NCBI RefSeq assembly: GCF_009914755.1
Contig: NC_060929.1
Reading direction: 5' to 3' (one strand)
DNA length: 64,000 bases
Origin: the human T2T-CHM13v2.0 reference genome, Homo sapiens
A program made the position numbers and the translations under genes. Of the stretch, positions 1 through 13,953 are shown one piece after another. Numbering within the stretch: position 1 is the first letter of the stretch; each line of letters starts with the position of its first letter. The notes under the pieces were generated by a model, which did no database searches, had not been told where the DNA came from, and was given only the letters and a program-made list of their open reading frames with translations.

Positions 1-39
1 TGATTCAAATTATGGAAATGTATTTATAATGCACCAACT

Positions 40-561
40 TGTAAAGACACTGTTGTTCCCTACCCAGCAGCCACTAGAATTTGTTCAGGTGTCAGGCGGT
101 TGGTGCTTCAAGGGAGATCAGGCCCCTCCCAGGACCAGGATGAACCATGATTACTTCCCAGCCAATTTCATAGCATTTCTCTTGCCAATGAATGGCTTAG
201 ATATAAGCATATGATGAATTTGTTTCTAATACAGATCTGAGAAAGAAATCTGTTAAGGAACTTCTGGTAAAGTTTTTATCTTTCTTAAAAAGTGACAGAA
301 GAAAAGGAAGTTGTATAAATATACTTAGAGCTGCTGTAGTCATCTTGAGACCATAAGAGGATAAAACTGAGATCAAAAACTACTGTGCTGAGGATGGGTG
401 ACTAGAAAGAAGGAAAGAATCTGGATTCTTGATGCATGTTTGTACTACTAGAATCATTCTATCACTACCTTCTTATTATATAATTCAATAAATCTCTTAT
501 TATTTAAGCTATTTTAAATGAAGCCTTCTGTTATATGCAGCCTAAACAAATATACTGATTC
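40..561 (+). mobile_element. MLT1-type (MLT1J/K/L-like) MaLR solo LTR
   Basis: Starts TGTAAAGACACTGTTGTTCCCTACCCAGCAGCCA, contains GCTGTAGTCATCTTGAGACCATAAG, and ends ...AATAAATCTCTTATTATTTAAGC...TGCAGCCTAAACAAATATACTGATTCA, the usual MLT1 LTR landmarks. Confidence 0.7.
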
Positions 562-926
562 AAGCTCCCAGCAAATTCTGTCACACATAATTCAAGGAAC
601 GTTTGTTAATAACTTCATACTATTATATGGGGAATAAATGATTAGTCAAGAAAGACTTTCTGTTTTGAAAAATTCTGGAAAGATGATAATACAGTATGTA
701 GATTTATTGTCATGGCTAATATACATCTACATATAACATGAATTACCTTGGAGTAGTAATAAAAGGGCAGAGTAATAACTTGTGCAGAGCCCTAGACTAG
801 AAAAGTTGAAAATATAAAATGGAGGAAAAAGTGAGTTATGAGATTCAGTAATATGAAAGTATAAGAAATAAAAGAATCCAAAAGCCATAGAAGGTTGAAA
901 CTGAAAAGAATTTTAGAAAGCGTCTA

Positions 927-1221
927 GGCCAGGTGTGGTGGCTCACACCTGTAATCCTAGCACTTTGGGAGGCCGAGGCAGGCAGATTGCTTGAGGCCAG
1001 GAGTTCCAGACCAGCCTGGCCAACATGGTGAAACCTCATCTCTACTAAAATACGAAAACATAACTAGGCGTGGTGGTGCATGCCTGTAATCCCAGCTACT
1101 TAGGTGGCTGAGGTGGAAGGATTGCTTCAACCTAGGGAGGCAGAGGTTGTAGTGAGCCAAGATCGTACCACTTCATTCCAGCCTGGGTGACAGAGTGAGA
1201 CACTGTTTCAAAAAATAAAAA
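927..1221 (+). mobile_element. Alu, full-length (old S/Jb-like)
   Basis: GGCCAGGTGTGGTGGCTCACACCTGTAATCC start, two arms, A-rich linker, A-tail. Confidence 0.97.
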
Positions 1222-1523
1222 GAGAGTCTAGCCTAAACCCCTTAATTATACAGATTGAAAACCAGTCCTGGAGAAATTGGAAGTCCTCAAAGAGTTTACC
1301 ATTAATGGTGGAACCAGGACTTCCACACAATGTTCTGACTTCCTTTAGAGCACTTTTTATTATATCATATAGTTCCTTACTTCTCACTATTAATAGAGAT
1401 TATTTTACTAAGAGTAAGTATAATAAGAGCTGATCAGAAGACCTGAGAGACATAATGGAGTGTCAATTCTAATTTGCTGTTGGCTCCTTGAAATGCTTTG
1501 TTGAGAAGGAGTAAAAAGCTTAC

Positions 1524-1526
<3 letters not shown>

Positions 1527-1570
<44 letters not shown>
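1527..1570. repeat. (AC)22 microsatellite
   Basis: Uninterrupted AC run. Confidence 0.99.
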
Positions 1571-1573
<3 letters not shown>

Positions 1574-3452
1574 TTCTTAATTATGTCTACCATGGGCATG
1601 GGATGGTAGGAATGCCATGTAACTAGTTTCCATGGATGGAAACCACCTAATGGGAAATAGAGAAAAAGAAAAAGAAAAGAAATTGTGTGTAAATTTTCAG
1701 CTCATTTTGGCTTAGATTACATGATGAAACTTATTTCTTTGAAAAACTCATTTGATTTTGAATTAGATTATATGGAACTTCTCCTTTGTCAATTTTAATT
1801 TCTTGTCTTGTTTTAGTTTGCTTTTCTGAGCAGTAGATATCCTCCCAATTGGAGATTCCGCAAAATTAGTACTTAGTCATCTTGGTTCCTTTCAAGTAGA
1901 AAAGTTTCTTTTAAATACTTCAAATCATTGGTATGCACATTTGTTGCAAAAAAAAACCTCATTCTGGAAAATGTTGCTTATTTTATTATCCAAAAAATAG
2001 GTATTTATTAATATACTGCATTTCTTTTAAATAAAATAAATTACAGATTTTCTTCCAGCATCCACTTATTTGGAATTGGGTACATATGAAGAAAAGACTT
2101 CTTATAATATGGAATTATTTCAAAAGCTATTATTACTTCTTATAAATATAAAGCATACAAGAAATTCTCACCATTTTCTAAGATTTACATTAGAAAGATA
2201 TAAGTATTGTCTTTCAGAATACTGTTTTTATTTTTCTAAATATTCCTTATAACTTACTTATTAATTTTATCCTTTCTTTGTTATAAATATCCATTTTTTT
2301 TAAAGACCCATACTATCTTTTCCTATGCAATTTAACCTAACATATTTTCTGTAAATGAGGTTATTTAGTTATCCATTTTTCTACCTCCTGTTGCTTGGCA
2401 GTCCTCAAAACCATTGCAGATCTTTCTAGAGAGCAGTTTTTAAGAACAGTGCTTTACTTTTCAACTCTTGATCAACCTGATGAGAATTCTTTGAATAAAC
2501 CAGAAGGAAGGCTAAAGAGACAAAAGAATACTATAGTTTCCTTAAAGTTAATGAGCCAGAATCCTTTGGCCCACTTTGGCATTGAACAATGTGAATAAAA
2601 TGGCCACTCTCACATCAGTAATTTACATTTTATACAGTGTGTACTTTACACTGATATTTACAAAGAGGAAAAACAACAGTTTTTTACATGTAAGAGGAGC
2701 TCCTTGGCAGATAAAAGAAAAACTTACTCCCATTAGTACAACACTGGAGTTTAAATCTAGAGAACAAGTACTTCAGAACCTAGTAGAAAAAGTCCCTGAT
2801 TTGTACTTTGTATGAACAATTAGGTTTGAGAATATTGCTATATAATCACAGAAAATACTGGCTATTATACTACGTGAAGTCTTCAGTGACAAAGAGAGAA
2901 ACAGAAAAAATAGTTAATGCCATAACAATGAAAATGTGGAATGTGAGGAACGCCCAGTGACCGTAAATATCTACCTTAATAAGCCTGACAATTTGTATAC
3001 AGTTCATGCAATTAACAAGTGTGATAAATATGATTATTACTCTCAAGTTGAAATCAATTTTCTTGGCTAAAAGCAAAGAATTGTTATTGAGCAGATGGGA
3101 TTACTTTTCTTTGCCAATTTATCTTCATAAAACTCAATCAATGCCTTGCCTTAAAAATGTCAAATAACTCAGATTTCAGGATAACACATACAAACTAATC
3201 TCTTCTGCCTGTCTCTACCTGATCACTCCCTACTTCAAAAGCTCCAACAACATAGTATAACTGACACAAATCAAAGCAAAAACTATTTTTCTCACTGCTA
3301 CATGGTCTTATCAATAATCCAGTATTTCAATATCTAATAAAAGATACCACAATTCAAAGCAGTAATGTGCCCCAAGCTACCGATCCACAACATATATATT
3401 GATATCTAAAAATATATGGATATAACTTGTTATCTACTAAATAAGTTTCTTT

Positions 3453-3672
3453 GCAGTGTGGTGTTAATAGCCAGAATTTTAAATACATAAAAACTTGGGT
3501 TCAAATCCTAACTCTGCCACTTAAATGCTATATGACAATTGGTCAAGTTACTTAACTTCTCTCTGGTCTCAAGTTTCTTGTCTGTAAAGCTGTAATAGCT
3601 TTTAGAGTGCTCTTCTGAATATTAAAAAGGCATTATACTCTTAGCATAATGTCTACATAGAGTAAATATTTA
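3453..3672 (+). mobile_element. MIR SINE
   Basis: GGGTTCAAATCCTAACTCTGCCACTT...GGTCAAGTTACTTAACTTCTCT core. Confidence 0.85.
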
Positions 3673-3908
3673 ACAACAAAATAACAAATATTAGGTGTGT
3701 TATTGGAGAATTGGAGTTTTAAATAAAGGAGTTGTCCCTAAGGTACATTCAATTTAACTATGATATTTAAAACTTCAATTTTTCACATTATTTTTCCAGG
3801 AAAATATTTCACTCTTATTTCTCCATAATTTGTTTTGAATTGTAAAAGAGATTTGCAAGCGGCTGAAGCAGTTACACTATACTGTATATCTGCAGGATGG
3901 GCAACTGA

Positions 3909-4092
3909 TTTTTTTTTTCTTCTTTTTTTTTTTTTTTTTGAGACAGAGTCTCACTCTGTTGCCCAGACTGGAGTGCAGTGGTGCGATCTCGCTGCAACCT
4001 CTGCCTCTCAGGTTCTAGGGATTCTCTGCATCAGCCCCCTGAGTAGCTGGGACTGCAGGCACACGCCACCACGCCTGGCTAATTTTTGTATT
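3909..4092 (-). mobile_element. Alu, right arm only (5'-truncated)
   Basis: Poly-T, GAGACAGAGTCTCACTCTGTTGCCCAG ... ends at the linker AATTTTTGTATT; TGATTTT on both flanks. Confidence 0.95.
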
Positions 4093-4875
4093 GATTTTCA
4101 AGATTTGTCAAGAGCTCCTAATATTTTCTTTTCTCAAACACATCTTAGGACTACCATGCATATCAGTCAGTCAGCTACTCTGGAGGTCTGCTGCAAGGAT
4201 ACACACCTTCCATTCCCACCCATCAGATACTTGTCTCCTTTCTCCCCCACTCCAAGACAGCAACCTTCCAGCTCTAGATAAAAAGAGCTAGTCTTTCTTG
4301 CATAAGAACAACAAAGACAAAAACCATTTTGGTAGTGTATACTGCAGATTTTAACCAAAACTTCTCTGAAGACCTCTGATTTCCTAAAAAACCTCTTCAT
4401 CCCAGTGCAGTTGCTCTTTCCTAAATGAGCAACCGCGCATCTGGTCAAATTTGGTGAATATTCTGTGCTCCAGAAACAACTGATTCCATCCCCTTTAATC
4501 TCTTCTTCTCTTATATCCATCTCCCTCCTTGTTGTTTCTCTCCATGTTTACAACTAGTTCATTGATTTAAAAACCAATGTAATACACAAGGAAGTATGCA
4601 CGACAATGTTTAGTGTAGTATGGTTTGCAATATTAAAAAAGGCCATCAGTAAGAAAATAGTTAAAGGATAAACTTGATATACATACTATGCTGCAATTTA
4701 AGAAAACTGGTATAGATTTATACGTACTAAAATAAAATAATCTCCAAAACATAGTAAGTGCAAAGATCAATCACAGAATAACATCTGTAGTATATCACTT
4801 TTGATTTTTAAAAATTACCCCTAATTCTAAATGTTCATATATATAAATATTCAGTTAAAAATTCTGAAAAGATAC

Positions 4876-5579
<704 letters not shown>

Positions 5580-5991
5580 GATATACACCATATTGTATCC
5601 ATCACTAAGTGGATACTTTCAAGAAAGACAGCAAGACTAAGGAGCATGAAAAAGGACTTTCTCATATTCTGAATTTTAAAAATATTTTATGACATGAATA
5701 TATTTATCTATTACCTATGTAATAAAACTAGACATTAAGAGAAAAATCTCATGGTAGAAATCTTAGGAAATAGAGAAAAATTAGAGAAAATTAAGAAAAA
5801 GCATGCATAATTTCACAAACCAATGGTAGCCACTGTAAAAAAATGTTATTTCATTCTAATACATTTCTACACACATATGCACACAGTGCATTTTTGAAAA
5901 CATAACTGAGTCTTTTCTAATTGACCTCTTACTCTACAAAATTTGAAATAGCCAAAACAAATTTTTGATTCCTATAAAGAGATAGCACTAG

Positions 5992-6265
5992 AGCTGGAAG
6001 AGATGGCTCATGCCTGTAATCCCTACACTTTGCATGACTGAGGCCAGAGAATTGCTTGAGGCCAGGAGTTTGAGACCAGCCTGGGCAACATAGCAGGACC
6101 CATCTCTACAAAATTAATAATAATAATAATAATAATAATAAGCTGGGCATAATGGTGTGTGCCTATTGTCCTTGCTACCCAGAGGCTGAGGCAGGAGGAC
6201 TGGTTGAGCCCTGGAAGTTCAAGGCTGCAGTAAGCTATGATTGCATTACACTCTACCCAGTGTCA
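5992..6265 (+). mobile_element. AluJ with (AAT)n linker and an internal right-arm deletion
   Basis: J-type TTGAGCCCTGGAAGTTCAAGGCTGCAG; (AAT)n at about 6116-6141. Confidence 0.95.
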
Positions 6266-6395
6266 AGGAAAGGAAAGGAAAGGAGGGGAGAGGAGGGGAG
6301 AGGAGAGGAGAGGAGAGGAGAGGAGAAGGGGAATGGGCAGGGGCAGGGGCAAGGCAAGGAAAGGGGCAGGGGCAGAGGCAAGGGAAGGGGAAAGG
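6266..6395. repeat. Compound purine-rich satellite: (GGAAA)n, (GGAGA)n, (GGGCA)n
   Basis: Directly visible; occupies the position of the Alu tail. Confidence 0.95.
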
Positions 6396-8256
6396 GCACT
6401 AGGACCTATGAGCCAACATAGGCTATGGCTTCCACTAGTACAACTTAAAACTCAGCTGAAGACATGACACATAGAAAAGGGTTGCTGTGTCTGTACACAC
6501 ACACGTTTCCCATGTTCCCAATCCCAGTCTGTGGTCAGTGAAAGTGAAGATTGCCTCAGAGCCTGCATTATCTCAAGCTACTGACCTAATTGCTAATGCT
6601 TTACTCTGGTCTATTTCCTGCCTGACCTCAGAATGTGTCAGTGTAAATTCCATAGTAAGACAGTAGTTGCACATTTTGGAGTGTGGATTCTGCTTTGAAA
6701 CACAAATAAGTGTGATGAACGTGACCCTGGCACTCTGTAGCCCTCAGTTTCCTCAACGCTAAATTGATCACTACAGTTCCTTCTAGTGTAAACAGTCCCA
6801 CGAAGAATCGTGCTGAATGGATGACTACATAATGGCCTGCTCCTAGAGTTCTTAAATCAATCCTTAAAACTGGCTGCAAAATGACTTCACTCCTTTAACA
6901 GTGTGGGACTTGTCTCTGTTCTCCAGAATGCTCACCAGATGGTGAAGAAGTATCTCTCTACCTACCAACATCGTCATATTGCTTCTTGCCACTCGCTACT
7001 CAAAAATTGTGAAAAACCTGTGGGAGCAAGTATCAGCTGAAAAGGGTGGCTTTCTCCTTAGGCAAAAGCTGCAGGGCAAAACGGGGGCCCCAAACTTCTA
7101 TCACGTCAAAGACATGAAACAGATGATCCCTAGTTTTGATCTTCTTTGAAGTTTATTAAAAACAAGCTTGAATCTGTACCAATCCTGACAGGTGTGAATG
7201 TCAGACTCACAAATGAGAAATGCTAAGCTTTCCTAATGTTCAATTTAATCTTATAGACCATGAAACATGTTATAATTAAAGATCTGAACTATTAATATGA
7301 AGGAGATAGCATATATTCTTACCCCAAATATGACTAACTAGGTAAAATCTTCAAAATATAATCATGGCCTGATTATCAGCCATTGTGGAGGAGAATTTTA
7401 AAAAGTTCTTCATTGACATCCCAAGTTTATGTTTTAGACACTTCTAATCAAACATGAATAGATTAACTTCAAGTAAAAATTAATAGTCACATTATTGATT
7501 ATCATGATTGGAAATGTATTTGACCAGAACAATGAGGAAAGAGCATAGAGTCCTGCTATCTTCAAGTATGAATTTACACTTTTAACTGATGTCAAGTCAT
7601 CCATAGTACGAAAACTCATTTATTTTTATTTGAAAAATTTAAAACCATCAAAATGGATAGTGTGGGAGCCAAATAATATATAAGCAATATTTTATGAGAA
7701 CTACAAAACTATTAAGAGCAGTAACTAGAATTCGGTTACTGCCATTCCTTATTTCAGAAGAGAAAGTCAAATGTTTTCTGATATTTAAGAAGTAATAACT
7801 TCCTGTTGTTCAGTTATGCTTTCTATAATTATATATGATAAGCAACAGAAAAATAGGTCTGGTTTTGGCTGTAATGTGTATATTCAATTCAATATTAATT
7901 TGGACTTTAAATCATTTTGCTATCAAATATTTTGAACCTCATGACCAGGAAGTAATCAGATTAAAAAAAAAAAAAAAAAAAAAGAAAAAAAGTGGGTTTG
8001 TTACCTGACCTATCTCTTAAGTTCAAACTTTCTATAGGTATTTTTCTCTACCTTTGTCCATATGGTTATACAATTATCACTAGATGCTTGAATTACTAAA
8101 TGGTTTTGTATATCTTTTCCTCAAATTTATATTTGTCCTATTATTGGCTTAGTCTCTCAAAGTATTACTTTTATGATATTGCTATAATGGTCCTCTATAG
8201 TATAAAGTTGAGCCCACACCATTTATCCTGCCACTTAACAATGTCCTTAATGTAGA

Positions 8257-8615
8257 TTATATGGTTTGGCCATGCCCTAACCAAAATCTCATCTTGAATT
8301 GTAATCCCCATAATCCCCATGTGTTGCGGGAGGGACTGGGTGAAGATAATTGAATCATAGGGCAGTTTCCCCCATGCTGTTCTCATGATAATGAATGAGT
8401 TTCACAAGATCTGATGGTTATATAAGCTTCTGGAATTTTCCCTGCTGGTGCTTACTCTCTCCTGCTGCCCTGTAAAGAGGTGCATTCTGCCATGATTATA
8501 AGTTTCCTGAGGTCTCCCCAGCCATGCAGAACTGTGAGTCAATTAAACCTCTTTTCTTTATAAATTACCCAGTCTAGGGTATTTCTTCACAGCAGCATGA
8601 GAATGGCCTAATACA
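8257..8615 (+). mobile_element. THE1 (THE1C/D-like) solo LTR
   Basis: ATATGGTTTGGC...AAATCTCATCTTGAATTGTAATCCCCATAATCCCCA...GAACTGTGAGTCAATTAAACCTC...CTAATACA; TSD GTAGA/GTAGT. Confidence 0.95.
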
Positions 8616-8649
8616 GTAGTATATCACACTTATTAAAGAGTTGATAGTA

Positions 8650-9222
8650 AAATAGCACTCTCAGTACAATAAGAATAGAATAGTTCCTTTTCATGGTAAT
8701 GAATAGCTTTTCTTCGACATCTATAATTAACAATGAAATCAGAAACAAAAAGAAGCTGTCTCCACTATTACTGAATGTTGCTCAGAAAATTCTAACGTAA
8801 GCAACCAAACAAGAAAACCAAATATGCTGTACAAATATTTTTAAGAGAGAAGGAAATCATTCTATTTTAAGATAAAAATTCTGTAACTCAAAATTCAGGA
8901 GAATCAACTGAAAGGTATAAAAAAGGTAGACCATTATGATTTATAAGAAAGGTCAAACATTATAAAGCATGTATCCACAACAGGTTTTTTTCTATATACC
9001 AGTTAGAAAATAGATAAATGATCCTATTCATAATAGTAATAAAACATATCAAATATGTATAAATAAACAACGAAAAATGTAAAACTCTTGTATAAATATT
9101 ATTGCAAAACATCACTGAAGGACATTTTTAAAAACTTGAAGAATATATCTAGTTTCCTACATGGGAAGAGTCAATATTATAAAGATATCAAGTCTTAGAT
9201 TAATCTATGAGTTAAATGCAGT
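8650..9222 (+). mobile_element. Ancient L1 (L1ME-like) ORF2 fragment, 5' part
   Basis: Degenerate ORF2 landmarks, e.g. TCCTACATGGGAAGAGTCAATATTATAAAGATATCAAGTC. Confidence 0.7.
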
Positions 9223-9229
9223 TACTTTT

Positions 9230-10330
9230 GCCCTAAAATGTTAAAAGGCTCTTAATTATGCAATTCGAAATGTGATGTCTACTTTCTTCTTGAAAGCATT
9301 TTTCCTGGAACCTTCTGATGACTCTAACTTAGGCTGCCTGCTTTCTAGGCCTACTACTACACAGTTGTCATACTGGGATTTATTTTCATAAACATCTGGG
9401 TTGGTTCCAATGCTCTTTGTATCCTAGGTTTTCTGTATAGGATTCCCGTTGCTTTGTTTTGCTTGAATATATCTTCGAGTAATACTTCCTTTTAATTAGG
9501 AAGAATCTGTAGGAGGTAAAGTTGTAAACTTGAGTCCTTCCATGTTTAAATACATCTTTAGTTTGTCTTAACACTTGATAGTTTGACTATCAATTTTGGG
9601 TTCTAGTTCTTCTTCCTGAGAACTTTGAAACCTTGCCTAGTCTGCATTCACTTCTAATCTTGCTGATGAGAAGTTTGATACCTTTGAAAGATCCTTTTTT
9701 TTTGTTCTCTGGAAGGATTAATTTCTTATACTTAGAATTCCAAAATTTTCATCAGCATGTGTATACACATCTAGATATGTATCCTTTTTTCCTTGTTCGG
9801 TGTTGGATGAAACTTTTCAATCTGAGGACTTGAATTACTCTTCAGGTCAAGGATTTTTTTTCTGTTATTTTCCCACATCCTTTCCCATTCCTCCACTTCT
9901 ACCACATTCTTCATATCTTTTTTACTTTTCCATCGTATTTTATATCCTTGGCTTTTTGCTCTATATTCTAAGATATTTGCTTAATTCAATATTCAAGAAT
10001 GAATATTACTTGAATTGCATTTTATCCAATCTTTATATATACATATATATTCAGTATTCTGCTCCTATTTATGGAAATCAGATCATACTTAATGGTTATA
10101 TTCTCCCCCTGAATATCTCTGAAAATTTAATATTGACAAATTTTTCCCACACTTTTCATTGTCTCTGTTTCTTCTGGAAAGCAGAAGATAAATTGTCTCA
10201 GGAAAATAAATTTGTCCTGTTTATTTATTAGTTCCTTTTTGTTTAGGCTACTGGTTTTTTTGTTTGGTTTGGTTTTTTGTCTTTTTTCAAATGTCTGGTG
10301 ATCCTTTCTTGACTGGGAATATTTGTAATT
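9230..10330 (-). mobile_element. HAL1-like (ORF1-only, L1-related) element
   Basis: Minus strand reads AATCCCAGTATGACAACTGTGTAGTAGTAGGCCTAGAAAGCAG (HAL1-type post-ORF1 segment), preceded by degenerate ORF1 C-terminal sequence. Confidence 0.65.
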
Positions 10331-10410
10331 TAAGAACTAGGAGTTTCTTAAGTAGTTGGCAGGGATATCATAAGGCGCTCTGTAGTACTTATAAACTGCT
10401 TATAAGCAAC

Positions 10411-11940
10411 TTAATGCAATTTCAATCAAAATCTTAATGGGTTTTTTTGGGGGGGACTTGACAAGTAGATTGTTTGTATAATTTAGCACAACGATGTGAG
10501 AATAACCCAGGAAATTCTAAAAAATAAGATTAAGAGGGAATATGTTCTCCCAGATATTAAAATGTATTTCTTAAAATCCATAATAATTATAACATGGGGC
10601 TTTTTGTCTAGAAATAGGATGTAAAGATTAAAAAAGGAACTAACCATAAACAGTAGAAGTGGCATTTCAAGCCAATAAGGAAATAATAGATTATGTAATA
10701 CCTAGGATTCTGACAATTTAGAAAATCTAGGAAAAGAACATCAGAGCCCTGAAATAAAGTAAAATAAATTCCATAATTATTAGAGATATAAATATATGAT
10801 GTAAAATGATTAAATACTAGAAGAAAATATTGGTGTTGGAAAAGAATTGCTAAGGATTTATAAAATATATTTATATAGAGACTATATAAACAATATAAAC
10901 ATACAGGCTACATAGGGACTATTTAAACTTCTATTTATTAAAATAGAGTATCTGTAAAAGTAAAAATAGAAATGAATAAATGGCAAAAAAAGTGTAAAAA
11001 ACAAACATAAATGAAAAGTTAATATTCTTAATCTCTAAAGAACACTCTAAAATCAATAAGAGGCCAGGGGTGGTGGCTCACACCTGTAATCCCAGCACTT
11101 CGAGAGGCAGAGGCAGTCAGATCACTTGAGTCCAGGAGTTTGAGACCAGCCTGGGCAACAAAGTGAGACACCTGTCTCCTAAAAAATAAATAAAAATAAA
11201 ATCAACAAGAAAAAACAAATCAGCCCACGAATAAATAATAAAATAATAAAAAGCAAATATGTATAATTGCCATTAGACACACAAAACAGATTTTAATATT
11301 CTTGAAGCTAAATTAATTCTTATTAAAACAAAATACTATGTGATTCATCAAATAAAGAGAACAATTAAAATGATAAAATATAGCAACGGAAATAATGTAG
11401 AAATAGAGACTGCTGATGAAGTATATATAAACTTTCTGCAGGGCAATATGACAATAATAGCAAAAATAAATCTTTAAAATATTGGGCAATTCTTTAGTTT
11501 GACAATTCTAATTCTAGAAATATATAGTAAGAAAACAACCCAGCCTTGCTATAAAGACTCTACACAAAGATATTCATCACAATAGTGCTTATAATGTGAA
11601 ATCTGGGGAGAGCTTCAAATATTTAATAATAGAAAATTGCTTAAGTGTAGTATATTCATGTAAGGAAATGCCATTAAAATGTTATATAGAGAATTGTATT
11701 TAATGGTAAGAAAAGTGTTCATGATGCAATATACTGTGAAATTTTAAAAGCAGATTATAAAATATTACCTTCAGTATAATCTCATTGTTGTTAGTAAAAC
11801 TCCTTCTCTCTCTACATACACACTCTCACACACAGAGACAGAAAAATTATCTCTCAATGGCATAATTATTGACAGTTCGTTTTCTCCCCCTTGCTTATTA
11901 TTATTTTGTAATAGATATGCTATAGCCACTCAATAAATAT
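10411..11940 (+). mobile_element. Ancient L1 (L1ME-like) ORF2 3' part and 3' UTR
   Basis: AATGCAATTTCAATCAAAATC...GACTTGACAAG; CAATTCTAATTCTAGAAATATAT; AAAGCAGATTATAAAA. Confidence 0.75.
11062..11196 (+). mobile_element. FLAM-C-like free left Alu monomer
   Basis: Single arm with A-tail; TSD TAAAATCAATAAGA / TAAAATCAACAAGA. Confidence 0.93.
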
Positions 11941-11977
11941 TTGTTACTAATTTCAAAAAGTATGTATTATTATATCC

Positions 11978-12125
11978 AGGTTGTTCATGGAATTTATCAT
12001 GCAAACAACTACCCTCTTGAGAGAGTCAAAAGTGGACACTATAAATTATGAATTCATATAAACTATATCAGGACAATGGGCATAAACTGAGTGTCCCAGG
12101 CACGGCAAAATGTGCGGATACCCTG
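11978..12125. mobile_element. MER94-like hAT-Blackjack fossil
   Basis: AATTTATCATGCAAAC...TTGAGAGAGTCAAAAG...CAGGACAATGGGCATAAACTGAGTGTCCCAGGCA...ACCCTG. Confidence 0.6.
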
Positions 12126-12524
12126 GAGATGTATCTTGACTTTAAGAAGTTTACAATCTTTCTTGGGGATAGAAGATTAAAAAACATGAAACCATTAGAA
12201 ATAATCTCCCACAATTAGTTTTGTAAAAGCAAGTGCTTAATTGTACTTGACAAACATTAGATGTTACTGGAGGTCTAAGAAGTAAGAGCTGAATACTCGT
12301 CAAAAAAGCTCCCTGGAGGAAGTGGGGACTGAGTGATACTTTTAGAATAGGTAAGAAAAAGAATAATGAGAACTTTTCAAATGGAGGTTGGGGTTGTAGA
12401 AGGAAAAGAATCAAGTATTCAGAGGTAGCTGATAACAATGTTGTATATATAAAATCACCCTGACTTTTGCAAGGGGTCCGTCTATACAGAAGAGTAAAAA
12501 GTAAACAATCTATTAACAATGTAC

Positions 12525-12677
12525 TATCACTGCCTCCACTTTACACAGGAGAAAATCGAGGCTTTAGAAGGTTACATAACCTGCCAAGGGTCACATAGCT
12601 AAAAGTGGAGAGCTGAGATTTGAACCTAAGGAGTTGGTTTCAGAGTCTATGCTTTCCACCCTATGCTGTACTGCCCA
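12525..12677 (-). mobile_element. MIR
   Basis: AACCTGCCAAGGGTCACATAGCT...GAGCTGAGATTTGAACCTA. Confidence 0.85.
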
Positions 12678-12859
12678 CTACAGTCAAGCTCTGGCTTCTT
12701 GTATAAATCTGATGTCACTCTTTGTGGGACTGCTTATAACATTTCCTCACCCAGAATCCATACCTCCTCCTTTCTGCTCTGTCAGAGCTCTTTGTCTATT
12801 CACACACAGTTCAAAGAATACCTTCTCCATCAAATTTTTCTAACAATTCCAATCTTGGA

Positions 12860-13425
12860 ATTCTCTCCTACCTTGGAGTTGAGAACACCACTCTCCTAAA
12901 TTTCTGCCTACTTCTCAGCCACTACTTCTCAATCTCTTTGTTGGATTCTTCTTTCTCTATATTTTTCTTTTTTTAGTCTACTCATTGCCTGTGTGAGTAC
13001 CTTCACCCCCAAAACTACAATACCTACCTACCATTGTGCTGAAAACCCCAGCTTACATTGCTCTTCCACATTCCATAAATTTCTATCTGGATGTGCACAG
13101 ACACCTCAAACTTCATATTTCCAATACTGGCATTTACCCTATCTGCAGTTTTTACTATCTTATGGACAGCAGATGCCAGAAATCTAATCACTGAAACCAG
13201 AAACCCATGTACAATTCTTGAGTCCTCCCTCTCTCAAGCCTAAAATCCTGGAAGTCACCAAGTTCTGTCTATTTTACTCTATAAATAACTATTAGATTCT
13301 TCTTTCATCTGAACTCCCTTAGTTCAAGCCCTCTTTGTTTCTCATATGATTATTGTAGTAGGCTCTGAACTGGTTTTCCTGGTACCTGTCTTTCCCCTGC
13401 CTACTCCAATTCTACCTCCACATCA
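12860..13425 (+). mobile_element. L2 fragment
   Basis: TCTGGATGTGCACAGACACCTCAAACTTCA; GTCACCAAGTTCTGTCTATTTTACTCT. Confidence 0.65.
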
Positions 13426-13659
13426 ACATTTCTCAAATTTGAGGGGTCATAGACTTCCAAGGACATTTCCACAATCCCTGAGAAGTATACAGTTTCCATA
13501 TGAGAAATCACTGTAGCTAAAAGTTAAATACTTTTCTTCAGTTGATTATGTATAGCTAAGGCAATAATTCAAGCATTAGTAAATACAAAGCCAAAATGCA
13601 GGCACATTACGCAGAAAATGCCTGTTCTTGGGTTTTTAAAAAATACGTTAAAAAAATAA

Positions 13660-13953
13660 GGCCAGATGTGGTGACTCCCACCTGTCATCCCAGCACTTTG
13701 GGAGGCCGAGGTGGGATGATTGCTTGAGACCAGGAGTTCGAGACCAGCCAAGAAAACATAGGGAGACCTTGTCTCTACAAAAATTTTTAAAAATTAGCCA
13801 GGCACAGTGGTGCGTGCTTATAGTCCCAGCTACTTGGGAGGCTGAGGCAGGAGGATCGTTTGAGCCTGGGAGGTCAAGGCTGCAATGAGCCATGATTGCC
13901 ACTGCTCTCCAGCCTGGGTGACAGAGCAAGACCCTATCTCAATAAATAAATAA
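13660..13953 (+). mobile_element. AluJ (Jo-like)
   Basis: GGAGGATCGTTTGAGCCTGGGAGGTCAAGGCTGCA; (AATA)n tail. Confidence 0.97.
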
